Source: Ylistrum balloti (Eukaryota). Taken from it: a stretch of 64,000 nt of DNA. This document shows positions 52,871 to 64,000 of the stretch, in pieces. Numbering within the stretch: the stretch's first letter is position 1; each line of letters begins with the position of its first letter. A program made the position numbers and the translations under genes. The notes beneath the pieces are model-generated. The model had not been told where the DNA came from. It ran no database searches and worked only from the letters and a program-made list of their open reading frames with translations. The DNA is taken from NCBI RefSeq assembly GCF_031769215.1, contig NW_026781904.1, positions 1,612,001 through 1,676,000 of the forward strand, given 5' to 3'.

Positions 52871-54476
52871 GTAGCAGCTGGTAAAATTATCGCAATGTGT
52901 TTTGAGATTAGCTCAATTTCCAAAGCCTTACACAGCGGCAGTCAGAAAAAGAGAAAGAAATAAAAGAAATTTACAATAAAACTCGCCAGTGGTCTACGCG
53001 GACATTATCGATAAGACTTGAGGTTGATATGTGTGACAGACTACTCTTTCTAATTAAGAGACAATGTAACATATATATGTAGCAAAAGGAAACACGGAAG
53101 TGTGTGATACTCGACAACACGAACATAGGTCAACAGAGAGTAGATTTCAACAAGCCACGTGTTATTATCAAGCATTCAATATCACAGATTTATGACACTG
53201 CCAAAGAGGACAATCTCATGCATAATATCGCTTTAGTCTCTGATATGTCTGTCTAGAGATAACAATGCTTCATTAAAGCACCATTCAGTGCTACACGAAT
53301 GCATTAAATACTATTCACATCGTATGTTAATCTGCATAAACCTTTATATCGTCATTTGATTTAATAGAGCTGTGGCGATTCATCGTCATTCTCAATTATA
53401 ACAAAAAGAGTAATATTTCTTCAAGTGTGATCGTATTTGATAAATCTAACTATGATTGCTTATACGTGTAGTTAAGGTAGAGCGTGTTAGACGACCATTT
53501 TGTGATATCAACTTCGTTATAAATGTAGTAATGATAGAGAATGTAAGATGATAATGCTTTCGAGAACTATTCGGGTAGGTCAACTGTAATGATCAAGCCA
53601 GTATTACAGCCCAACCTTCCTGGTGTTACTATAAACTTCGGCTTGTCATCCACAAATGAAAGGATTAAATATTACCAATATGTTGCTATCCGCTTATTGA
53701 ACTGTTCATAGTTGATGACTTTCTAGACGCCTCGTTTGGTGCGGAGGTGTTGCAAATTGAGATATGATGACAATGAATATACATATTTCCAAGAAAACAT
53801 AGGAGAGCAATTACGAACTTGGCAAAGATCGAGTCCGTGATCAACCAAGCGTGTTTAATAGGTTCAGAGTTTTAAAAAAGGTTGTATTATTGTTATACTT
53901 CTAAGAATTCCTAATGAGATAACGCATTGCTTAAGTCTATCTACGCGACAATAGACAAGTCACGTCAAATAAAAAATAATGAGCTTCATTTTATACAACT
54001 TTCAAACCCAGCAAAAACAATAAGTAAGGGATGTATTTTAAATAATAATATACGGAACAAAATAATATTATAGACAAATTATTTTTGTATAATACATTTA
54101 GTTCGCGCGTACTTGTTTGTTTGGGTTTCTTGTACGTCCGAGCAAAAGTCAAGGTCAGATGCGGGCGGTGTCAACGGATAATTGAACAACTGATTTGTGC
54201 GTTTATAGTGCCATCTTACTGAAATGTTATCACTTTTACACGGCAGTATGACATTCCATCCGGTCACATTACACAAACGCCAAATTTACGCGACCTTAGA
54301 TACATAGAAACAAAACGTATCTTATGGTGAAATCCATGGGCATGTTAAACTTGACTGGCACTTTAGCAGAATAGACTTTGTACATTCTTCTACTTCACGT
54401 GTCAGTACTATCAATCATATCATATATATATCAACATCATATGTATTTAGATCAATAATAATTCTTTTTTAAAATT

Positions 54477-54625
54477 CAAGAAAATACCAACATGTCAACA
54501 TAATCTTATCTCAAATGCCATTAAAACTAGGGCAAAATATGAATAACAGAAAGATTTACACAGAGACTTCTGAAACATTACAACTAGAATAAGACCAGGA
54601 CTTCCGGATGGGTAAGCGTCTTCTG
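54477..54625 (-). mobile_element. Interspersed family, copy 15 (3' half)
   Basis: tcaagaaaataccaacatgtcaacataatc ... gaataagaccaggacttccggatgggtaagcgtcttctg. Confidence 0.85.
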
Positions 54626-54991
54626 AATATATGAAATAAGGATTATATTTTCAATTGCTCTTTTAACTTTATGTATCAATATAATTTTGAACGTGATAAA
54701 AATTCAGAAATATTCAACAACAGTATTCATTTCGTTGTAAATAACAGAAAATACGTGATAACCATATCAGGAAAATTTAAATAATACCAAGGGAAGACTG
54801 ATATGCGAATGTTACTCCATTGAAAACAAGCAGGACACCATTTGACAATTGTGATGAATGTATAGTTTTAATCATAAGCATAATTACATATTGTTTGGGA
54901 AAGATATGAATATCTTGAATTTTAATTAAATTAACTGGTACACAAATGCTTTACTTCATTTATTTCTTTAGTGCAACAATGCTTATTTTAT

Positions 54992-55116
54992 TTAGTGTTT
55001 TCCAAATGTGGTTATAGCCGATATAATTGCAAGCGATATTTCAGCAAATCCCATGATACTTACTAGGATAGTTATGATGGAAGATTTGTCAGAAGAATAT
55101 ATAGCAAATTTATCGT
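54992..55116 (-). other. Candidate terminal exon encoding a hydrophobic helix
   Basis: aattatag|ACGATAAA gives DDKFAIYSSDKSSIITILVSIMGFAEISLAIISAITTFGKH*. The intramembrane Glu pattern recalls TM4 of MS4A/tetraspan proteins. An internal GTAAGT gives an alternative donor. Confidence 0.2.
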
Positions 55117-55822
55117 CTATAATTATATTCCAAAAATTATCTTTTTTTAGATTTTTACATACAATACTAATACTACGGTTGAAGCAAAAAAGCAAACAGA
55201 TCAGTAAGAAGACATTAATTTCATAATTCTGGTTGCTGAGTGTCTCGGGTGTACATTTTACGAGATGCAAATTAAGTATAATCAAGCTATGAAAAAGATA
55301 TGAAACCTGAATTTACTCAAGCTTGTTTGCTACACATGCAACATATCTACTTTTACTAGGATATATTCCGAATGTTAAAACATATTTTAACCATTGAGCT
55401 GTGACAAATTTCTCAGAAATAATTATATTAACTTATATGCTAGTTATTCCATTGGTGAGGCACACTATTTCATAGAATCAAATTTTGCTACAAATAACAA
55501 TAAACGATTTCAAAATTTAGTAATTGAATCTAACAGTTCTTCCAAGAGGTTGTGATCTGATATCATGAAAGTGAAGCACTACAAAACATCCATTCTAAAT
55601 CGCAAGAAATTTCCCTTGCTAAAGAATCAACGTGACCTTTTGTCTTTCGATGACAATGAAACACCAAAGTATTGATTGCACAGTAAACAAATCCCTCCTG
55701 TAGGCATCACTGTATCAACAATGTATATAGTTATTGATGCTTGTCATGAAATACCGATTATATGCTAATACGTTTGCTTCACATGTTTTTCATTGTTTAA
55801 ATTGTCGATAACTGATCCATAC

Positions 55823-55945
55823 CTGAGTGGTTTGATTCTTGTCATCAATACATCTTTGAAGCACTCGGAAGACATTTTGATACAAAGCATCCATCTCCAG
55901 AGAATTTCCAAGCATTCCGACAACTTCACGATCAAACTTCTTTTG
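55823..55945 (-). other. Candidate coding exon
   Basis: 41 open codons QKKFDREVVGMLGNSLEMDALYQNVFRVLQRCIDDKNQTTQ end at a good donor CAG|gtatgg. No strong acceptor is visible. Confidence 0.2.
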
Positions 55946-56355
55946 TTATCTTAAGTGTTAATACTTGTTAGATGCTATTCAATTCGCCTCAGTAAGGCGA
56001 TCTACATATCACCTTTCTATAAAGAGATATATCACCTACTAGTTTTATAAGATTTGTTAGAACAGATTGATTTAGTTTGTGAATACCTATTGATGTTTTG
56101 CGCTGATGAATCACTTCTTATTACAACCGACGTCGTACTAGTAAAAAAGGTCTCCGTATATTTTCCCCGCCGGGAAACAAAAACGTTTGACCGAAAATAA
56201 TTTTATAAACTGCCAGTATATATTCAGAGAAATGTAGATATGTCGATTCTGATATAATCCCATTTAACATCAGCAACAGGTTATGATTTGGCATGGAAAC
56301 TTTGTAAGATATGGCGCAACAGGACACAAATCCCATTAATAGCATTCTAAAAAAA

Positions 56356-56655
56356 TCAAGAAAATAACAACATGATGTCAATATAATCATAATCCAAACT
56401 GGAATTCCAGAAATCTAGGCCTAAATATTAACAAAAGAAAGATTTTTACGAAGATTTTTGAACCATAACAAGGAGAATAAGACCAGGTGTTTCGAAAGAG
56501 TAAGCGCCTTCTGCTTTATCAACGACCTCTGCCATATAAACCTTGGTCAATCCAAGTAAGTAAAGACACGATTTGAAATGAGAACAAGATACACAACAAC
56601 GGTACCAACAGGCAAACTAACGCCAATCAAGCACGCCCAGCTTCATATCGCACAG
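56356..56655 (-). mobile_element. Interspersed family, copy 16 (near full length)
   Basis: Tail, core (aagaccaggtgtttcgaaagagtaagcgccttctgctttatcaacgac) and head (cagcttcatatcgcacag) are all present. Confidence 0.9.
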
Positions 56656-57018
56656 AGAAATAGAATATTGCGACCATAACACTTCCCAGCAGATATGGCA
56701 TTCTCACACACACCGTCACTAATGATGGCTGCATACATATTTGATAATTCGTGACTAAGTGTGCGTAAGAGTGTTTACTTTGATAATTTTTTTTCTTATG
56801 TGACTCTACCTGTTCAACACAAGAAAAAAAACAGAATGACATTTAATGCTATTTTTAAAACAAGACCTTGATATAATTAATAATCAATACGTCGCTTGAA
56901 TGCCGATGATACTTATTGATAATATCATTAGATATGCATGTTCTTGTGTAAACGTTATTGGATATTCGTTCAAAACATCACTGTTACGTCCCGAATAAAG
57001 CACGCATCCGCACCATCT

Positions 57019-57245
57019 GTAAAGCCCCCGGATCGAAAGATCGCAGGCATATTGTTTTTGTGCTGTCTGTTTGTCCGTTTTCAGCTTTACCTCAGCCCAT
57101 AACTATTGTATCGTACGAGATAGGGCTTTCAAATTTGGAACTGGTGTTCCTTGTGATAAGACATTTCTAGTGGTATCATTGTTTTGACAATGTAATTTTT
57201 AATTTTGTTTCGACCGGGGGCAAAGTGTTTCATAAATTTATATTG
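57019..57245 (+). mobile_element. HINE/Helitron-N-like element
   Basis: 5' gcccccggatcgaaagatcgcaggcat hairpin, then gtctgtttgtccgt, a core ...gttccttgtgataagacattt..., and a 3' inverted cgggggc. Confidence 0.75.
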
Positions 57246-57456
57246 TATTATTCCTATACAGAAAGTATTACATTCTTACGAACAAGAAGTTAGTTGGGAC
57301 CTGCTTGCTGTTAAAGATTGTACAAAAGACACTTAAGTGGATAACACCTTTGAGTGATTTATAGTTAGATACAGTAGAGCCAAACAATAAATTAATCAGC
57401 ATCATGCAGCTGTTTCGTCCTTCTAGGACTGGTAAGTGATGTTAAGGGCCTAATTT

Positions 57457-57870
57457 TTAAGCAGAGAAGGCGATTGAGGAAAATCCAAAGTGATCGATGA
57501 AACGAAAATCTAGTCGAGGAACTGCAACAGCCCTATAATCTAAAACATTTAATAAATCAGATAATTTCAGAACATATTTCTTGTTAAAATAATTTCTTTT
57601 GTGTCGTTTAAAGAAATCAAAATTATCAAAATAAATCTGCTCCATCTGTTTGAAGTTATGCTGGTCTTCCGTCCATTCTGGTATCGCTTCTTTCTTGATA
57701 ACAGAATTGTGTTTTTCATTGTTATTTATGAAAGCAAAAGAACATAAAGATACCGAGCTCTCTAAGATTGGTTGATCCTTGTTGCTTGGCGTTTGTTTCA
57801 TAACCATGACAGCTAAGTTTAAGAAATGTTGTATTAATAATATTACATAATATGCACTATCTTTATTCAA
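57457..57870 (-). other. 137-codon open frame of unknown product
   Basis: Long for this AT content and of ordinary protein-like composition. A possible acceptor is tcttaaacttag|ctgtc. No motif recognised. Confidence 0.2.
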
Positions 57871-59254
57871 CTATTTTACATATATCCACTTATAAAAAAA
57901 ATAGTGTTGTTTTTATATTTATCATGTTTTCATGTTTTAAAAAATGATATTTTCTATTTCAGGTGCATAAGCCAATGAGCTTTGATTTTGATCTTAAAAT
58001 GTTATAATGACAAAAAGTTAACTCTTTTTGCTCTTTCAAGAATGAATTACCAATGTTATGCTTTTGAAAAGACATTCATTTAATACACAGTCAAAACTTC
58101 TGATACTTTTCATTCCCTTTCCTAAAATTAAGGAATTTGATAACTGTGCACTTGATGCATAAACTCAAGTTCATTGTTATTTTTGTCCTTTGGTACGACA
58201 CGTTTATAGTCTATAACAATGATAGCAGGTGCCTCAATTGTACTCGCTGATTATTTATTGAGTTATTTTTATCAAGTTCATTATTCTTGTCTTGTTATTA
58301 AGTATGTTTTCTTTGATAAGCCAAAAAGTATTTTTGCGATGTAATAATATACAGGAGTCTACTGGTAAGTCGCTTTTAAGCTTACCAAACTTTTATATTT
58401 CTTTCTGTCAGTATCCTCGCAGCAAGTTTGTCATTTGAAGATGATGGACAACCTTTTACAATCAAATTATACCGTCAATTGCTATAAAACCTGACTCCTA
58501 GACAAGATCTGAAATGTTTTAACCATTAAATAAGGCGTGTATCATGGTCTGATAAATTTCATTATTGTGCGGTTTTTTTTTTACAGTATATCAACACTGT
58601 AAAGGTTACGTATGCCGTTTCTGTTTTGTTTTGCTTTGTTTCAGAGCCCACCGACCATAAAAGTTGATTAGGGCTACACATCAATAGAAAAAGACACATA
58701 AAGAACTTTAAAGTTATAGCCAGCGGAAAAGGTCAATTCTAGTTAATTATCAAAGAGAGGGAATGTGAAAGAATTTGTCAAGAGATATTTGTTTTTAAAC
58801 CGGAACCTTCAGCCATTAAATGTTAACCCGTTAAAGGTTGATCACCAGACAACCTAAATGCTTTTATCATCATTGTATATCTGTGTGCATATGATGCAAG
58901 GGCAATTAACAGCGTGCACTATCTTTGGCGAGTCCTGAAAGAACGAAATATTCGTATAATGGACTATTATCTATTATCTATTATTATAAATTTGTATTGA
59001 AGGTGTTATTCTTTTGTGTGTTTTATGCAATCATGTAAGTCCTTAACCACCAAAATTTATTAATTGACATCAATTATCAAGTCAGTTTTATGCGTATGCG
59101 CACCATGTGATGTATACAAATACAATATAGTAACAACATGAAGACCACACCTTAAGTCGTTCGCATTCTCTTATACCAGAAAAAGAAATATATTTCATGT
59201 CTAATGAAGAAGTTATCAAAGTCTATTTGAGCCCCTATTCGAAGCCCGTTAGTT

Positions 59255-59460
59255 TAACTGTTTTTCCGTTGTAGCATATCTTGTTCTTATTTAAGAACGC
59301 GACATCACTGGCATGGATTGGCCAAGATTTACATGGCGGGTGAAGCAAAAGATGCTTACTCTACCAGAACACCTGTCTTATTCTCCTTGTTAATTTTCAG
59401 AACTCTTTGTGTAAATGTTTATTTTGTTCAGTTTGCCCTAGTTTTACTGAATTTGAGCTT
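59255..59460 (+). mobile_element. Interspersed family, copy 17
   Basis: ggattggccaagatttacatggcgggtgaagcaaaagatgcttactctaccagaacacctgtcttattctccttg. Confidence 0.85.
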
Positions 59461-62400
59461 AAAGTATGATAACGTTGATAAGAGATAACTCTCTAGCCGG
59501 AATAAGAAGTGAAGACCTGTATGAAATTATACAGCCGAACAGTATAAGAACGTCTTCGTCCATTGAAAGTCACAATGTAAGAGAAAGTGATATACTAGTG
59601 AGAATTATCTAATTTACTGCACTGAATGGTATAAACGATATTTCTTTGTAACTAATTAATTGGATGTTTGGTTTGGTTTATATTGTTTAACGTTCTATAC
59701 ACAGACGAATGTTATAAATACTGTATGTTGAATATCATACGATACATGTACAAAAGAGAGCCTTACCTTTTATTCTTTAAGAATGTAATGTTTAATATTG
59801 AAGCCAAAAATAATATAGAATAGAGGTAGAACGTTGTTTTAAATCAGTGCGATATTGATGTTTTTACCTTTATAACGAATGTTCATAAACGTTTGTGCAG
59901 ATAGCGATATCTGCTTTACCACAACAAATGTATACATGCCGGTAAATTTCCTATTTAATTAGATGACGGGGTAGTGAGAGTTCTATATGTTTCTGAAAAT
60001 AAAACTTCTAACAACGAAGGAAATAAACAATCTGTTGGGCCAGATATGCTTATTATGACTAAGTGAGTAAACATACAAAACTTTGTGTGTTCTGGTTATT
60101 TGCCTTTCATCATTCCGGTAATTGAATGAGTTTGTGAAACTTTGCCCTAAGTCATCTCATCATGCTTCTAGTTACCTCTCGTTTGTATGTCTGTGTTCCA
60201 GTACCACAGGCAAACATCAATAAATCAGAAATCATGAAACAACAAATTTACATTTGAAGGGAACATAAGTGTTTTACATTAAATGATTAATTCACGAAAC
60301 ATCATGTCATTTAATGCTATTTCAAATTGCCATGATAAACATTTTCTGGTCGTATGTAAAATATATTGTGATAGCTAGCGTATAATGGTAATCTTTTAAC
60401 TAATAGCCATTACTTTTTTTAGCATGAGGCTCCACAAGAAGTTGTAACAGTAATGGTTCCATTTCGTTGACGAAGTAAGAACATTCGGAAATTTGACTGC
60501 TCATTGTTCGCTTTATCAGCGAACACGATGCAGACATTTTAAGCTGGTTTTCATTTATAACCATTTGGGAGGTATCTGCATGGTAAAACATTATTCTGAC
60601 TAACATAACGATAAATCTATCATACATCGCCTTCGTCATGATAATTGACGTCTCGTCACATCTTGTATTGATAATGATGTTAACACCACACAAACCTGTC
60701 GTAAGTGATTAATTCTAACAGGTTTAACGGTCGCTGCAATAATCATTAGTTAAAACGACAAATTCACTTATCATGTGATTGTCGTGTTATTCAGAGAATA
60801 TCGCATCAACCATTTTTCCGTATTTACCAATATTATATATTTTATATTTCGTTAGGGAAATGCACTAATATGACGTCATACACTCAAAATAATACACTTT
60901 GATGTTACGATACAGGCAATAGATAAAGAGCCGCGATGATATCAAGCTTCACACGGAGAAGATCATTTTATTTCTGTGCAGAGTTAATTGATCTTGAGAT
61001 AAAATTATCTTAAAGTCAGTTCAATTTTCTGGTGTGATTTATTCGGTCGCTAAAATGAAACAGATTGGATAAATAAATGAATCAAAATGTGGCTTTTTGA
61101 ATAGAAACATATGACATACGCATATGTCAGGAAAAGGCATGAATTCAAGGTATGAAATAGACTTGCAGAAGGCCGACATATCTTGAAGTTGTCTTCTACA
61201 ACTAAAACAACTGTTAAGTTAATTTCTAGTCACTTTGTCACTGAAACAAATCGGAAACCTTTTTTAATCCTAGGTAATCTTTTATCGACGTGGAAACATT
61301 TTTCTCATTGTGAAAGAGAAGAGTTTCACAGAGAAGTCATTTGGTAGTTACTCTGAAATTCGGTTAAATGCGCGGAACCTAGAGAGTTGTGTGGTCCCCT
61401 TTTTATGTAGTAAGTACATTACTTCAAGTCTACATATACTAATTTAGGAGGAGAGTGAAAAGACGAGAATAAACAGCTATATCAATTTAGGGAATTATAG
61501 TTGTTCATCATGGTGTAATAAGACTAATTTGCTTACTTCTTAAAGTAATTTTCGGTTTGGAAATAGTGGGATTTCACCACTAATAAGATTTTTGTGATTT
61601 TTGGCTACGACAACTTCCATAGGTGATGCTAACAATATTCTCTAAGTTGACCACTACCTAGCTTATTTGAACATATCTGCGTTGCCAGAATCATAATTGG
61701 AAAAGAAGTATCTTGGCAATGTGATATATAATTAAATATCATTACACTTTGCTTGTTAATTCTTATTATATTTGTAATATATTGCAAAGTTCTTCAAAAT
61801 GCTATAGTAGAATACTTATAGGGATGTTTTAACAGAAAATACATGTTTCATTTTGTTAAAGAACGAAACAAACAAGTTTAAATGAAAAGTGATATTTGCA
61901 ATAGATCTATTGTGGATTACCTAAAAATATAACCAACACTCGTAACACCAAAGATGATTACCAATTAGTCTTTTTTCATGAACACATTTATGACGTCAAA
62001 CCTAAATAAATGATTAACAGAATGATTTATAGATAAAACAAGAGTATAAAAAGTATAATGATTTAGTGTCCTTACGTACACATCATTTAAAGTACGTTTT
62101 CGGATGATCAAACATAATTTTCGACACAGTAACTTCAAACCCACTTTTTCAGTCTTTCGAAATTCAAATAACCAGAACATCTTTTGAATAGTTTACCTTA
62201 CAAGAAACACTGTTGACAGGTACTGATATTCGACTAAGATAGGACGACACTGTCCTTAATAATTAAGGTAGAACAGACTTATATTTCATCAATCAACACA
62301 AAGCTTGTTCTACCTTCAATTGATTGAATCAAAGATAGCGCATCACTTGTGACTATTTTTAAGCTAGAAATGGAAAGGTGTCGCTCCTTACCTTGTTGGT

Positions 62401-63710
62401 AATTATGCTTAACTAGGATAATTATATAATCGCTATAATATCGTTATCTTAATTAGCATTTGGCATCAAATCTTAAAAAAGAAAAAAAAATAACATCTTA
62501 CCTGTTAATGAATCTTGGCTCAGAAAGAATATATCCTTATCCGAAAATATAATACTGCAGAGTTTATACGGGGCAATGCTCAGGAGTTTGTCTCTGTTCA
62601 GCAAGTCACCCAACACTACACAGTATCAAAGAGAATCAACTCGTACACCACGCGAGCATCGTACTGTACACTACGAGAGTGAAACTAGAGACTGGCCGAT
62701 CCCATCAGTTGCTCAGCCACTGTAGCTATTTACCAGAGGCGGGAACAACGCTCTCTAATATATTAGCATAATTCTCTCTATATCTGCCGTAGTAGGATGA
62801 GCTAGGATATCGTTGCTGGCTGCGAACACATCGTACAAACACCATGACGTCCATGTAAAATTGCTGTCAACGTCTTAACACGTAATTATATATGTCGGGC
62901 ATTAAGATTGATTGGAAATCGATCGACTGCGTGTCCTGTAGTTTCCGTATGTATGTTTGAAGTAGGTATAAACATAGCTAAGACCATGACTTTTTGTATC
63001 CTTTTCACTATAAAATGTATGTTACACTAAGCAAACTTTAATGAATTTATGATATACATACAATACTTCATTGACATCAACGTTCACACTTCGCAGCACA
63101 TGTAGTTCCGCTTCATAAATGTTATTGAATATACCCGCCCCCTTTATCGTTCCACTTAGTGGTCATGACGTCTTTGTAAAATTCTACTTAATTATACAAC
63201 AGTCCTATATAACTTCGATTATTCAAGGAGTAATATACACACGATGAAACATTGATGTCATAATTGGAGTTAGCTTTCCTCTTGAAACAATTTTAGACCA
63301 ACCAAGAGGTCAAAGGTTATAGTATATGACGAAAAGCATAACTAGGTTATCAGGATTGTTGGTTTAAACAATATTTTATTTTCAGATTTTCATTTACAAC
63401 ATACATACACAAACTATAAAATTGAAAATGGGTCTGGCAACAAGATTATAAATCTTATATTAAGCCATCTCCAGGATTGTTCGAATGAATGATTTGCTTG
63501 CAAGATAAGGTGAATGCCTCGTTTTAATTCACTCGAATAGAAACACGGTTAAGAATATACAAATATGCTTGACATTGTTCTTAAGTCATCAAATGTGTGG
63601 AAATCATAACATTTAATTGAGTAATGAGGTTATTGCATTTTCACATTTAGAAGTTGATCATTTTTAATGTTCCTTAATCGCCACCGAGGCTTCAAAATTC
63701 AGGGCATTAA

Positions 63711-63763
63711 CATCACTGACGAGTTCAAGAAGGACGAAAAGGCTGTATAATGCAGCTTGTGAA
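63711..63763 (+). ncRNA. Type I hammerhead-ribozyme-like motif, probably decayed
   Basis: CUGACGA at 63716-22. Stem II GUUC/GGAC includes the conserved G-C closing pair. GAAA at 63736-39. An 8-bp stem III (AGGCUGUA/UGCAGCUU) and a 3-bp stem I (UCA/UGA) are present. Deviations are an extra A in the GAAA run and UG instead of UH at the cleavage site. Confidence 0.5.
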
Positions 63764-63812
63764 CAAATTATTACTGTAAGAAGTTTAATATAAAACTGCA
63801 CATCAAAAGATG

Positions 63813-63954
63813 TACATGATGTCGATAAAGCAGGACGCTTAGTTTACCGGAACACCTGGTCTCATTGCCATTGTACTTTTTTCGGGAGGCTCCGTGTAAA
63901 TCTTTCTTTTGAGTTTGGATAATTTTAATTTGTAGATATGTTGGTATTTTCTTG
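63813..63954 (+). mobile_element. Interspersed family, copy 18 (3' half)
   Basis: gatgtcgataaagcaggacgcttagtttaccggaacacctggtctc ... ctccgtgtaaatctttctttt ... atgttggtattttcttg. Confidence 0.85.
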
Positions 63955-64000
63955 TTGTTTTAGTTAGTCTGATGACAACATCTATAAAAAATTGTACAAA

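Noticed and set aside
1-64000. tRNA, rRNA, snRNA or histone stem-loop genes
   Set aside because: No T-loop/B-box cloverleaf or other diagnostic motif was seen by eye. A tRNAscan-SE/Infernal run would be needed to exclude them formally.

Overview
This is AT-rich eukaryotic DNA (roughly one-third GC by eye), not prokaryotic. It is dominated by repeats and intron/intergenic-like sequence, and the repeat types resemble those I recall from bivalve (oyster-like) genomes, which is an unverified inference. I found no rRNA, tRNA, CRISPR array or operon, and no intact host gene that I can name. Well supported: (1) about 18 full or partial copies (9 +, 9 -) of one old ~300-bp interspersed family with core GGGTGTCGTCGATGAAGCAGAAGACGCTTACTCTTCCGGAACACCTGGTC; (2) a decayed Tc1/mariner transposase at 15396-16371 (-); (3) Helentron-associated (HINE/DINE-1-like) non-autonomous elements and a CTGTAA-TIR MITE family; (4) several minisatellites and local duplications; (5) a 144-N gap. 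The two most interesting signals are a six-unit tandem array at 31170-31558 whose minus strand reads as YAG|9-nt|GT micro-exons with 56/59-nt introns, flanked by compatible exon-like segments, and a near-canonical type I hammerhead ribozyme core at 63711-63763 with two apparent inactivating deviations. Several long or nearly open frames weakly resemble decayed fragments of expanded bivalve families (TRIM/NHL propeller, MEGF-type EGF). These are low-confidence, by-eye calls.
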